Below are positions 36,077 to 47,649 of a DNA stretch of 64,000 nucleotides, piece by piece. The translations under genes and the position numbers were made by a program. Source of the DNA: Schizochytrium sp. TIO01 (lineage: Eukaryota > Protista > Bigyra: Labyrinthulomycetes). The DNA is taken from NCBI GenBank assembly GCA_004764695.1, contig SMSO01000031.1, positions 658,436-722,435 of the forward strand, read 5' to 3'. How positions within the stretch are numbered: position 1 is the first letter of the stretch; every line of letters starts with the position of its first letter. The notes beneath the pieces were generated by a model. The model did no database searches and had not been told where the DNA came from. It was given only the letters and a program-made list of their open reading frames with translations.

Positions 36077-37101
36077 ACTCGTGTCACATGTAATGCGTCT
36101 TGCGTTTCTCTTTGTCAAATGTCTTGTTGTGCAAACTTGTCGTCATGGGCTGGAAAACCTCTAGAATCACGACATCAACCAGCCAACTTAGAATTTCCCA
36201 TGGTGTGGCGTTCCTGGGATCCATATCGCAAGTCCCGAAGTGCTTGCTTGCATCTCCATCGAGTGTGCAATAAGTTCAACATATGACGTGCTTTCCTCCT
36301 TATTTTCCTCTGCGAAGTTACCCTTCACGGAAAACTGTTAGGACGACCTGCTCATGCTAGCACACGTACCCTTCTCAGCGCACGTCAATCTGTCAAAGTC
36401 GTGACCTCCGGATCACTCCTCTGCTCACTTACATCTCTTTCTTTTTTTAAACTAAATAACAATAATATAGTAGAATCTATTTGCAAGAATACAGCGAACG
36501 ATTATCTAGTCACCGTTAATGTAATATTCTACTTTCACACAGTAGGTCTGTGATCAGCATAGCTGCTGCCTGGATAGCGATGGCACTCACTCATAATCGT
36601 GTAGCTAACAGGGATGCAACTCCGCGCACTACAGCATAAATTAAAATATTCGTCGACCGAAATGAATATCCCTTCCAATGTGTAAAAAGAGATTAATAGC
36701 TAATTGGACGGCCGAAACTCCCTCCTCTTCGCTACATCTCTAAAGCTGCGTCGAGGATTAAGCGCAAAGCACTGGTGATGATAGCAAAGGGCAGGCAAAT
36801 TTATGACATAGTATTACTAACTTAGAAAAACAATAGGTAGTACTTTTATGTACTACTACACCTTCGCCTAATTAGCGAGCCCAGAGGCGGACATTAACGC
36901 CCTCCAGAACTAGTAAAGTACCACTCCTGTTTCGATCGCCACGAAGACGTGCATCATGATGGCCAAGGGAAAGCAAATGCAATTGGCCTGCAAAGGAACG
37001 TCTGGCAGTATCAGTTAGAGCACCGAAAACACCGGCTTGGCAAGGAGGAGATCGCTCCACGGAGGAGCGTCTCCAAGAGGTCATCGTTTCAGGGACTCAC
37101 G

Positions 37102-40100
37102 ATGGTGTCTCAACCCACTCAGACGGGAGCGGGTCTGCGCGAGTCTGCCTGCACGGCAGCAGCGCAGTACTCGATGGCTGAAGAACTCGGATTTCTTTCG
37201 CAGGAAATTGATGGCCTGCAGGCTAGTTTGGCACAGAGGTGTGGACTTCCTGCGCAAGGAGTACAAGAGGCGCTTGTCAGGTTTCGCATGGCAGCTGGAG
37301 AGACCGCATCTGGTATGTTTCATGATGAGAACTCAGCCCGATTCCGTGATCTTGCCAGTCATGCGAAACATTTGACTGGAGAAAACTTTAAGGATGACGA
37401 ATGGGACAATATCGCACTGACACTTGCGGAATGTGAAGACCTAAAAACTCGAGGTCTTGGTGTATTTCACGAACTTTATGCGCTGAGAACACATGCATCT
37501 GCCGTCCCCACGCTAAAGTCAAATGATCACGAAGAAAAGTTAATGTACTACCAGGAAGTTTACGATATATTGCGCCCCGAAGTTGAACTCATTGCCGACC
37601 TTGCCGAGCTTCAGGAGGATATTGCAAGTCTCTTTAAGCAGGTTTTCGAGAGGGTTGCCTCCAAACGAGAGCTGGAAGTTAGACTCTTTATGCCTCCTCT
37701 CTTGCACCTTTTAGACCTTACCATTCTTCTTGATTGTCTTAAAGATAGTAAGCCGTGTCTGCAAAATGACTTTGCGGCCTATAAACGTGCCTTTCACATG
37801 GTAAAAGGGAAAATGCCGTCAAGTCAGGTTAACGAACTCACAACCGAGCAGGAAACAATTCAATTCTTTCTCGCAGATCCAAAATGCCCTAAAAGCACGT
37901 TTTTCAACCATCTTATGGAAGGTATTCATCCTGTGCGTCATTCAGTCCAAACCCTCGGCGAAATCCTAGCCTGGACTGCTAAGCGTCTTCGCACACGAGA
38001 CTATTTTACCCCCGAAAGTAAATGGCAGCTTGAACGCACTTTGCCATTCATTGTACTTGCTCTCGATTTGAGCAAGGACGAGAAAGGTAATGATATTAAC
38101 ATTTTCAAGTCAAAAAAAGTGATGACGTCGGATGTTATGAAAACTATTAAGGCTCACCCTGTACTTCGCATTCAAGCTGACATGCATCTCACTACAGAGT
38201 CTATTCTCTTGCGATGTCCACATTTTGGACCAAACCTTCGGGACGCATACTACACTGATCCTCGTGATCCCAAATTTCAGGTTGAAAATAGTTTGGCTAA
38301 TCTCTGGCCTTATTTTAAGTTACAATACGAAGTGTTTCAAACAGACTTCCAAGCGTTACTATTTCGGCTTGATACTGCTCAGCGATCAGCGCTCACTGCG
38401 GCAGGAGATTCTACGGGTATTGACATTGATTTAGCACATCAAGCTCATGCATGTGTATTGAGAGGTTTGTCATTACTATCTGAGTGGCGAGAAGCCATTC
38501 TGTATGAAGCGGCTTGTAAATTTGTGTGCCCAGCAGATGATAAAGCACTCTCTAAACATCGAATTCCACCATCTGACCCTGGTGCTGCATACGCCAAAGG
38601 TGGCGTTGCAAATTATTCTTCCACAGACATTGCCGTGCTTTCTGATACGATTGCCTTGCTTAAATCTTTAGGAGCCAGTCTTCAAACGCAAGAGCACACA
38701 CTTGCACCATTCATCCGTGCAAGTATTTATGATCGTCTTCAAGGTATTCTTGATGAAACCCCCGAGTCGTTCTCTGCTGCACTCAGCATCAAGAAGCGCA
38801 AGGCTCTAAAGGATCTTATTTCTTCTCTGCGTCTTGTCATCGGCGACCCACGGCGTGCAAGTGCAAGCGGCCTCAACGGAAGTGCAAATGATGGGAAGAA
38901 ATCTGACAAGAAGAAAAAATCAGGAGGAGTGTTTACATCGAGTCGTAAGCTAATGGCTTCGTCGTCCTCGTCGTCGTCGGCTTCAGATACCACCTCTGGC
39001 AACCTCGGCCGTGTGCACATTGTCATTCCTTCAGCTACGCAGTTGCACGTTGCTTACAACATCCTTCGAACGATAATCCCAGAAGCTGAGGATTCAAGAG
39101 CTGCCAAGGCATCTGGACTTTTCAATCAAACATCCTCCTCATCGTTAGTGGACTCCAACTCTACACAGGGAAGCCTATCCTCAACAAGCTTGAGTGCAGC
39201 ATCTTCATCTCTGCCTGTTTCGAATAATGCAAATGCAGCTTTCTATGAAAGTATTCGCGGACCCACTGTCGGACGTGCCCGTCTTCCTGTTCCGCTACAC
39301 TTGCTATTAGATACACTTCGCACCGCTACGGCCGCGTGCGATTTAGGCGGATCTATCCACCAACTCACAAATCTGGGAGAGCTATATTTCCGTGAGTTCT
39401 ATCTGGACCTCGCCCGTGAACCCCAGTTCTCCAAGAGCCTCTCCTTAACTTATGCGTTAGCAAAGTCCACCCTATCGAGTCCTGCAAGCGTTGAAATGAA
39501 TGCAACCTTACATGTGCTTGATATCTACAACGATGCAGCCCACATGGCAATTAAAGCGTATAAGCAGCAGCACCTTTTCGATGAAGTAGAAGGAGAAGCA
39601 AATTGTGCTCTTGACTATGCTATAAAGACTCTTTCACGCATGATATATATGCACCAAAAGACTTTGCAAGCTGCCGCGCATATGGATGCCCGATTTCGAG
39701 CAAAGCTGGAGCGTGCGAAGCATTCAGGTAGTACTATGCAACCTACACCTTTTAGGAATTTCCCTCTCATTAATGAAACAAACCTGCGTATGGTGGGCCG
39801 CCATGTTGACCTTGCTGGGTGTATTGCGGAGCAAGTAGAGATGATCCTTCTGCATGATGTCGAGGCTGCCCTAGAGACTTTTGAGAACAACTCCTTTTGC
39901 GGCATAATGCAACTCGAGTCTCACCTGTCCGTTATCCAGCTTACACGAGACGCACTAGACGACATGTTACCCACAAGCTCCATTTTAGGTATGCGAGATC
40001 TTCTGGTTGAATCGAATGCCTGTGGAGTTGGCCGTGATATATCCAAAGGTCGAATTCCTTGCTCATGTAATAAACATGATTCCTCAAATATTGCTTGATT

Positions 40101-41249
40101 TCACATATAATCACACGACAGACCGTTTTACACTCAGCGAGGATCAACTTACATTGAGGGAACAAGACTTTGTGCCTGCAGGGCCATTTGCATCTCATCT
40201 ATTGTATGGTAGTAGTGCTACACAATGGTTCGAAGTTGTTCATAAACGAGAGCGTGGATACTTAGGCATTGAACACTTTCTTTCAATGATTCGTGTATTA
40301 GGACAAGCTCAGCTGGGTATTGTTATCGAAGGTCTCTTACAAGGACTTGCCCGGCATTTCTATGATCGCGTGGAGCCCCATGTTCAAAATGGCAGCACGT
40401 GCCATGACGTCATTTGAGGCGCCCAGTGTGACAGTGCCTTTGCGGACGCGTATCACCAACTTCGAGAGGTATACAAACGCAGTTTTTAATAACGAAGAAT
40501 CTAAAGGCATGGCAATGCAGGCCTTTCGTGTTTTTGGCAACGGTATCTCTATTATGAGACTGATACAGGGGGCCTTGGACGAGGTCGAAATCGCAGAATT
40601 TACACAACTTGCACCTTTTTTTGGATTTTACTCCACCAAGCAACTAGACTTTATCACAGAATGCAACGATGAAACCAAGGAACGCCACTTAAATGCGCGA
40701 ACTCCTGTCTTCGCATCTTTTCTTGAGCGACTTGGAGCTGTGTTTGCTCAAAGCGGCACGACAGGTTTTTGTGAAATCTCCAGCGTTATACAAGCACTGC
40801 TTGTAAGGCCAAATGAACGTTGGCTAGCGATTTATGGTGATGGGATCGCTCTTGCAACGTTTTTGCTCATTCACTTTGCAACAGATTTCCATACTTTTAG
40901 CATACGCGGGTTTTGCGAGCAAGTCCTTCAGGCTCACTTCCTTCAAGGAGATGTTCAAGGTGATGACCAGGAGGCAATTCGAACAATTATTGCTCGCGCT
41001 AAGCTTCTTCATGAACAGGGGCAATCTACGCTGGCTGCGTTCGACTGTGCCTTCCCTAGGGCACAATATGTTCGTATGCAAATATATCATCCCCCGACCT
41101 TGGCCACACTCAAGATCGAGAAAGAGCCCGAGTACACGCCGACTTCAACAAGTCCTCGGGATTCTAAGATTTCACAAGAGCCCAAAAGCCCCGAAGCTGT
41201 AATTCGAAAACCAATGCATATCCGCAGAAGTGTCTATTATAAGTCATAG
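37102..41249 (+). CDS. CYFIP: CYFIP/Sra1/PIR121 (WAVE regulatory complex subunit), split over three ORFs by two +1 frameshifts
   Basis: CYFIP-like blocks: YQEVYDILRPEV, LDCLKDSKPCLQNDFAAYKRAF, LGELYFREFYLDL, LDIYNDAAH...QQHLFDEVEGEAN, GRI/LAHV...FTYNHTTDRF and QAFRVFGN. The frame is restored by removing one C at 40057-58 and one A at 40386-89. The start is uncertain (37102 or 37174). Confidence 0.88.
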
Positions 41250-41549
41250 AATTGGTCATCCAAGGCAATATCCCTCGAATTTCCGGATCAAAACCAAAAT
41301 ATAGTTTGTATAGATGATTCAAATCCACCACTAGATCCTTTTTATTCTACAGATAAAGCTTTCTTCGAAGCCCACGCTCTATGCTTCTCTCTATAAGAGC
41401 TATGTGGCAAACTGTCTTCAGCTGCTTCATCTAAAATATAGCAACAAATTTCAAAATTAATCTTAATTTCAGATAGATAGTAATAGATACTTGCGATTCA
41501 AAGAATATATTATATTGCCTTTGGAAATGAGTTTATGCCTCCAGTTTTT

Positions 41550-44500
41550 TCAAAGATCCTGAGATAAAAAGTCTTGCCACAGCTCCGTAAAAGGTTTGAC
41601 AGTCACTGCCTTTTCAATAGCTTCCCAGTCTGTCTCACGTTTTGTTTGCTCACCAGTTTCTTGTTCACCGCCAAAGAGAACTTTCTTTAACAATCCAACC
41701 TTGTCTCCATTTACAATATTGCTAGCTCCAGCATTGCCAAACAGTGATCCCGATGAACTCCGGCGAGGCAAAATTAGTCCAAGAGCTTCACGATCCGACT
41801 CTCCCATGTTGAGCAAATTAGCAAGTAGGGTTAGTAACTCCCGCTGTGACTGATAGCTTCCTGTTTGCTTCTGTACAAAGTACGTTACCACAAGTTTTTT
41901 CATCATCTCGCGATCCACACGTCCATCGTCATCGCTTTGTTCACGAGGAGACTTTTGCTGCTGGCCCTCGACAGTCTTTTCAATCTCCTCAAGACCAGAC
42001 GGGTCAAGCTCGCTAGACTGCTGCCGTTGCAGTTCCTGCCGGCGAGCTGCATCCTGCGAATTTGTCCAGTCTTCTTCGGCACGCTTTAAGGCATCAACCT
42101 CCGCACGTAGCACTTGAATCGTACGATCTGCAGCAGCGGCAGCAAGTCGTGACTCGTGTGCCTCCTTTGCAAGCTCTACTCGGTCCGTATCGAAGTTTTC
42201 TTTGTTTTTCTCCATAGTGGTGCGCTGTTCCTGAACCTCACGCTTGAGGTCCTCGATCTTTCTCTTGTAAACTCGGGCTCTCTGCTCTACCTCTGTGTTA
42301 AGTTGTGCCAGAGCTGCATTTAAGGTTTCTCGCTCCGAACGAAGACGATCAAGGTCTGTCTCTGCGACCTTGAGTTCAGCTTGAGTTACCTTCAATTCTG
42401 CAGTTAAACGGTGAACTTGCTGATGTTGCCCAGTTTGGGTTGAGAGATCCTCGCGCAATGTGGCTTCACGCTCAAGAGCGTCTTCAAGCTCTTCTTTGAG
42501 ACGTTCAATCTCCTGATGTTGTGTGGAAATCTTGCTAGCTCCTTCCTTCTTACCACGGGAAAGATCTTCTAATTTCTTCTGTAAAGTTCCAATTTTATAG
42601 ATCAACTCTTCTTTTTCTTCACTGCTCTCCCGCAAATTTTCTTTTAGAGCACGTGATTCATCTTCAAGTTCGAGGAGAATCTCCTCGTATTCCTGACATT
42701 TCTCTTGTAAAGAATCATGCGATCGCAAGGTTTTCTTCCATTTGTCCTCAAGCTCTTGATATGCATCTCCAAGCTTTTCCTTTGCTGATTTCAACATATT
42801 CTTCTCAGTTTCAACGCGCTGATTAAGTTCGTCAAGTTCTTTATTCTCTAAGACAAGCTCTTCAACACGGTGCCGCAAAATTGAAATTTCGTTTTCTGTA
42901 TCAGAGCCCCTTTGGATTTGCTCACGAAGCAAGTCACGCTCATGTGACGCAAGATCAAGGGCGTGCCGGAGTTTATCGCATTCACTTGCATGAGACTTCT
43001 GAAGTTGGTCAAGCTCGTTCTGCAAAATTGCTTCTTGCGCTTCAAATTTATCAGTGAGCGCCTGCATGCTACATTCATGCTCGGAGCTCATGCTCACTTT
43101 TACTTCCTCCATACTATTTTCCATTTCTTCTCGAAGAGCTTCCAGGGCGCGAATTTTATCAGTTTCGAGCGACTGCCTAAGCTCTTGTATAGCTTCTCTG
43201 TGTTTCTTTGAAGCCCTCTCCACGGCATCTGATATCCTTGCTTCAATGGATGTTTCTTCAGAATCATTGTTACGAAGCTCAACCTCATAGCGCTTGGCTT
43301 CTGCACTCATTTTGCTATCCGATTCGCGCTGGGAAGTTACTGCTGCGTTGAGCTTTTCGGTAGATGATCGTTCAATTTCACAGAGCTCCCCTTGGTGTCG
43401 AATTTGTAGTTCCTCTATTTCTGTATTGTGAGACCTCTTCAGTTGCTCCAGCTCGGCTTGCAGTTCAAAAACTTGTTTGCGTACCTTTTCTTCTTCTAAA
43501 GAGGCGATTTTGACGTGTGTTGTTGCTGTTTCAGCTAATGAAGATAGCCCATTCTTCTCCTTTTCGAGAGATTCTAGTTTACTTTGCAGGGCTGCTATTT
43601 CAGCAGAACTCTGTTCTGCAAGTTGCTTTAAGTTTTTCACATTGCATTCAGCATTGTTTCGAGCATTCACTGCCGCATATGTGTCAGCTTGCAATTGCTG
43701 TGCGGTTTCTCTTGCCTTTCCTAATTCAAGATTGGCTTCTTCCAGGCTTTTAAGTAGGTTGGCATTATCTGCACGAGCTGCCTCGGCATCGCCCCGAGCT
43801 TGTTGAGCTTCGGCGAGTGCGGCGTTTAGGTCTTCTTGCGAAATCGAGGAACTTTGGCTGTCAAAAGTCCTGCATTGTTGAGAATGACTTTTAGTGCTTT
43901 GGGCATCTCCAGTCTGACCTTCGCCCAGAGGCGAACTTGGCGCATTCCAAACAGTCTCTTCTTCTTCTTCTTCTTCTTCTTCTTCTTCTTCTTCTTCTTC
44001 TTCTTCCTCTCCCATCATGACCTTCATCTTGTCATCGTCGTCGTCATCATCAACGTGTACAGTTTCTGCCTTGATGTGCAGCCTTGAGGTTTCAAGTTCC
44101 TCAGTTTCAAATACCCGTGATGGTTTTAGAGTTGGTGGAAAACTGGCTGGCTCCAGAGTTGAAGTAGGTTCGGGTTCCGTCAAATTTTGCAACCGTTCAC
44201 TATCAAGATGTGCCTTAGCTAAATCATGAGCTGATAATGTTTCTGCAACAGATTCTGGTTTGATCAAAGATGAGTCATTTACAGGAAAGGATGAACCTCC
44301 GAGTTCAGCTTCGCTGAGCTCAGAATCAGACCACGAGTTACTTTCCTTGTCAGATGAGGACTCCGCTAGCTTTTGAACATCTTTTTCAACATCATGATCG
44401 AGGATATTATCATTGTCTCTGATATTAACCTGGGTAGGTTCATTATGGTCGGTCTCACTGTCATCACCATGAGAAGGATGCCGATCTTGATAATGTGCAA

Positions 44501-45240
44501 TTCCGCTATGTTCACTGTTGCTATCATCGATGTTGGTATGAATGGCATCTTCATTATCGCCTCCACTGCCGCCATCCTCGTCACCGTCATCAATCTCGTC
44601 AGACCATCTCTTAAATTTAGCTTCTCCTGATTGTTGTAGTGTTGTCTCATTATCGCCTCCACTGCCGCCATCCTCGTCACCGTCATCAATCTCGTCAGAC
44701 CATCTCTTAAATTTAGCTTCTCCTGATTGTTGTAATGTTGTCTCATTATCGCCTCCACTGGCACCATCCCCATCATCGTCATCATCCTCGTCAGACCATC
44801 TCTCAAATTCAGCTTCTCCTGAATGTTGTAATGCTGTCTCAGGTTTTGAAACTTGCTTCTCTCCCAGGGCTGTGTCTCCAAAAGGGCCTCCATGCTGATA
44901 GTTATTGTCAGAATCTTCAATTCGGTGATGTTTCGAATCTTGCATACCAGCAGCTTCATTGAATCTTGTATTATAATAAGAGTCGTCTCTAGATTCCTTT
45001 GTGGTGGCTATCTGTATGGTGGTGTTCATCTGCTGCTACTGCTGACGAATAGCCTTGATCCCCGTAATCGTTTTGAGCGTTGTTATAGCCATCTTCCTCC
45101 TCATCGCGCCTCTCCTGTTCGTAGTAGTCATCGTCGTTGTCATCGTACGAGTTATTGTACTGTGCTTGGTGTTGATGCGCTTCATCGATAACATCTTGCA
45201 AGGCTTCACCGAATTTTGAGACAACACTTGAAAGCCACAT
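41550..45240 (-). CDS. Coiled-coil golgin with C-terminal GRAB domain and GA1-like motif (GMAP-210/TRIP11/Rud3-like), one +1 frameshift near the 5' end
   Basis: A long heptad-rich region, GRAB-like VDREMMKKLVVTYF...ELLTLLANLLNMGESDREALGL and terminal FTELWQDFL. ORF 44989..45246 (MWLSSVVSKFGEALQDV, amphipathic) joins the main ORF if one base of the TTT at 44998-45000 is removed. Confidence 0.82.
43958..44006 (-). repeat. (GAA)n coding microsatellite (poly-Glu tract)
   Basis: A (CTT)n array on the + strand, translated as a run of E in the golgin. Confidence 0.9.
44551..44838 (-). repeat. 96-bp (32-aa) coding tandem repeat, 3 copies, in the golgin N-terminus
   Basis: TCATTATCGCCTCCACTG recurs at 44551, 44647 and 44743. 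Unit: ETTLQQSGEAKFKRWSDEIDDGDEDGGSGGDN. Confidence 0.92.
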
Positions 45241-46153
45241 CCTCAAGTCACGAAGTTGTTGGCACCGACGTTAGAAAATCCTGCCTCGTTTTCAACCTGA
45301 TTTAGAAAACCAAAGACACTTTTACCCGTTACTTGGCTCGAATGATTTCCGTCGCGTTCAACGTCGTCCACGTCCAGGTGGCTGCCAGCTTGGGCCGAGC
45401 AGGAGTCGATCTTCGCTACAAAGGCGATGCAAGGCAACTCCACAAGAGAAGTACAGTCTCGTGTGACCACAGCAGCCCTCAGACCACTGGGTGTAAGTTC
45501 GAACTGCGTCTACGTTCTGCGCTCGCCTTCCGTGGCGGCGTGGTGATTCTCACGAACCAGTTTTAGTTGAAATTGCAGAAAAAGCGGAATTTCTTAGGAT
45601 CGTTCGACTCACTACTTGGAAATGAGGGTAGTAGGACTCGCTTAGAAGTCCCAACGGGTAACTCTTACTAAGCACTTAATGCTTTCTTTAGTAATCCCCA
45701 GTCGAGTTACTCTTGCAAGCGGAGGTAGTGTCGTGTTATTTGGTTTTATGTTTTTTCTAAATGAAGCCTTGTAGACGAGGTTTGGCGAATCCTTTGAGAC
45801 TGAGATATAACGAGTTATGCATTACATGTATGTCTTAATATAAGGCTCTTCAGCGATCGAGGTTTGAAGAATTGAAGAGGTGATACGAAGGACAATTAAA
45901 GAGATGCATAAGGACATTGTAAGTTTAATGATAAGAATGGCCAGGGTTGCTTGCTTGCTACAATTTTTGTAAAGCGCGTGCATTGTTTGAGAGATTGCAA
46001 CCTAAGGTTAGGGTGACAAACTCACGAGTATGGTGAAGTGAAAAAAGCGCTTAACAGAGAAGGAATTAGACTAGGGTGGTTACTATGATTCCAGGTGTTG
46101 TTTGTTATCAAAGACAATATCGTCACCCCATGTATAGCATGAAGATGAGCGCG

Positions 46154-46573
46154 TTAGTCGGAGTAAGTGCAAATTCCGATACCAGTAAAGATGATCTGGC
46201 ATGAGGCACCATCGCCGCAGTTTGTGTCCTTGCCACATGCAAGAGCACAGTACTTGTTGCCAGAGCTAGCATCTTGGAGAATGCACTGCGGTTTGGCATC
46301 ACAGCCCGAAGGCACGTCACTTGGGCACTGCATGGAGCTGCACTTGGGCGAACAAAGAGCACCCTCGATGCCCTGGATGCGAACGGCAACCTCATCATCC
46401 TTGCATCCATCTGAAGGATCTCCGTAGTGGCTCGCGACACCCAGAAACTCAGGCACAATGCTCAGCTCAAGGAATTGCGGGGTGTCATCCACGATAAGAG
46501 ACTTGAAGCCGCGACCCATAGCAGCGACAGTGGTCATAGCAAGCACGACGAGGACCAGTTGAAGCTTCATCAT
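46154..46573 (-). CDS. Small secreted cysteine-rich protein (139 aa)
   Basis: Signal peptide MMKLQLVLVVLAMTTVAA and a compact Cys-rich domain HYGDPSDGC...CSPKC...CPSDVP...PQCILQD...YCALAC...C...C...GICTY. Confidence 0.8.
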   Translation of the reverse strand: MMKLQLVLVVLAMTTVAAMGRGFKSLIVDDTPQFLELSIVPEFLGVASHYGDPSDGCKDDEVAVRIQGIEGALCSPKCSSMQCPSDVPSGCDAKPQCILQDASSGNKYCALACGKDTNCGDGASCQIIFTGIGICTYSD

Positions 46574-47649
46574 CTTTTTGTATCTTTTAAGTCTTTCTCA
46601 GAAAAGCTCACGACTTTGATCTTGTGTTAAGCTCGCTGGGACAAGTAGGTTAGTCATTCCAGATATTGCAGAACCATGAAAAATAGATATGCACAGGTTC
46701 GCGAGTTGCGGCGAAAATAAAACTCAGCACAAACGTCAGTCAGTCTTCCATACACCGCCATTCAAGCCACTCGCACCAGCTGGTCACCCAGCAACTTTCT
46801 TGTACAACGATATCGGCGCCTTCTTCACTTGTTCATTCAACTGCCAGCCCAAAAGATTTTTCTCGGTCTACTCAAGACAATCTATCCACGACCCAAGGTT
46901 GGGTCGTCGCTACGACGAAGCTACCCGGTGCATACGCAGCGTGCCTTCACAGCACAGCAATTACTTTCGCGCGGGCGACGCTGAGAGCTTACCTTGAAGC
47001 CTGCAATCTTCGACGTGATTGTGGATTTGCAATCAGCTTTTCTATGAACTTATCTCGATTCCTGAAATGGTTGAAAAGGATTGAAAGACCTTTGTTTCTT
47101 AGTATTTAATAGATAGAAATCTGTAGGTATATAACTTTTTAATCATAGAATAGAGAATAAAAACAAAAAAAACGATGGGAAAAACAGTTAACAGTTGAAT
47201 AAAGAAAAGTATTACTCATAGGTACCCTCGAAAAAGAAAGATATTGTGAAGACCTTAATTTGCCTCCTATGCAAAACCATAGGCTTTGAGAGATTGTGGG
47301 AAAGGTCCGCTACTGCACCGTTGCCACAGCTTTCAGCTGAGTTAGCTGAGTTACTTGAATATCATCTTCGATTGAAGAGTCGAATGCGTCCGAAGAACTG
47401 AAGGCTTATGTGATCATGGTACCTTCTTACCAGGCTGGTGCTCCAGATCGTGCTTTACTATGAAAAGTAGCTGCTAAGTTGCGTCATAGTAGAATCAAGA
47501 TGGTGTTTCGAATGTCTGAGACTTGAAGACTGTACCTAAGTCTCGAAATAACACAGATTAACACAGATTGATTATTTGTTTATTGTACATGACTGATTCA
47601 GTCAACCGGCGCGAGGCCCAATATAATAAAGCCCTTTGCTTCTGTTTGA

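Noticed and set aside
40007-41249. ORFs 40007..40417 and 40320..41249 as separate genes
   Set aside because: They continue the CYFIP alignment across single-base frameshifts.
19011-45633. GGTAGTA/TACTACC motif upstream of several genes (19011, 24160 twice, 36836, 45627)
   Set aside because: A 7-mer is expected several times by chance in 64 kb and its orientation is inconsistent; it needs a genome-wide enrichment test.
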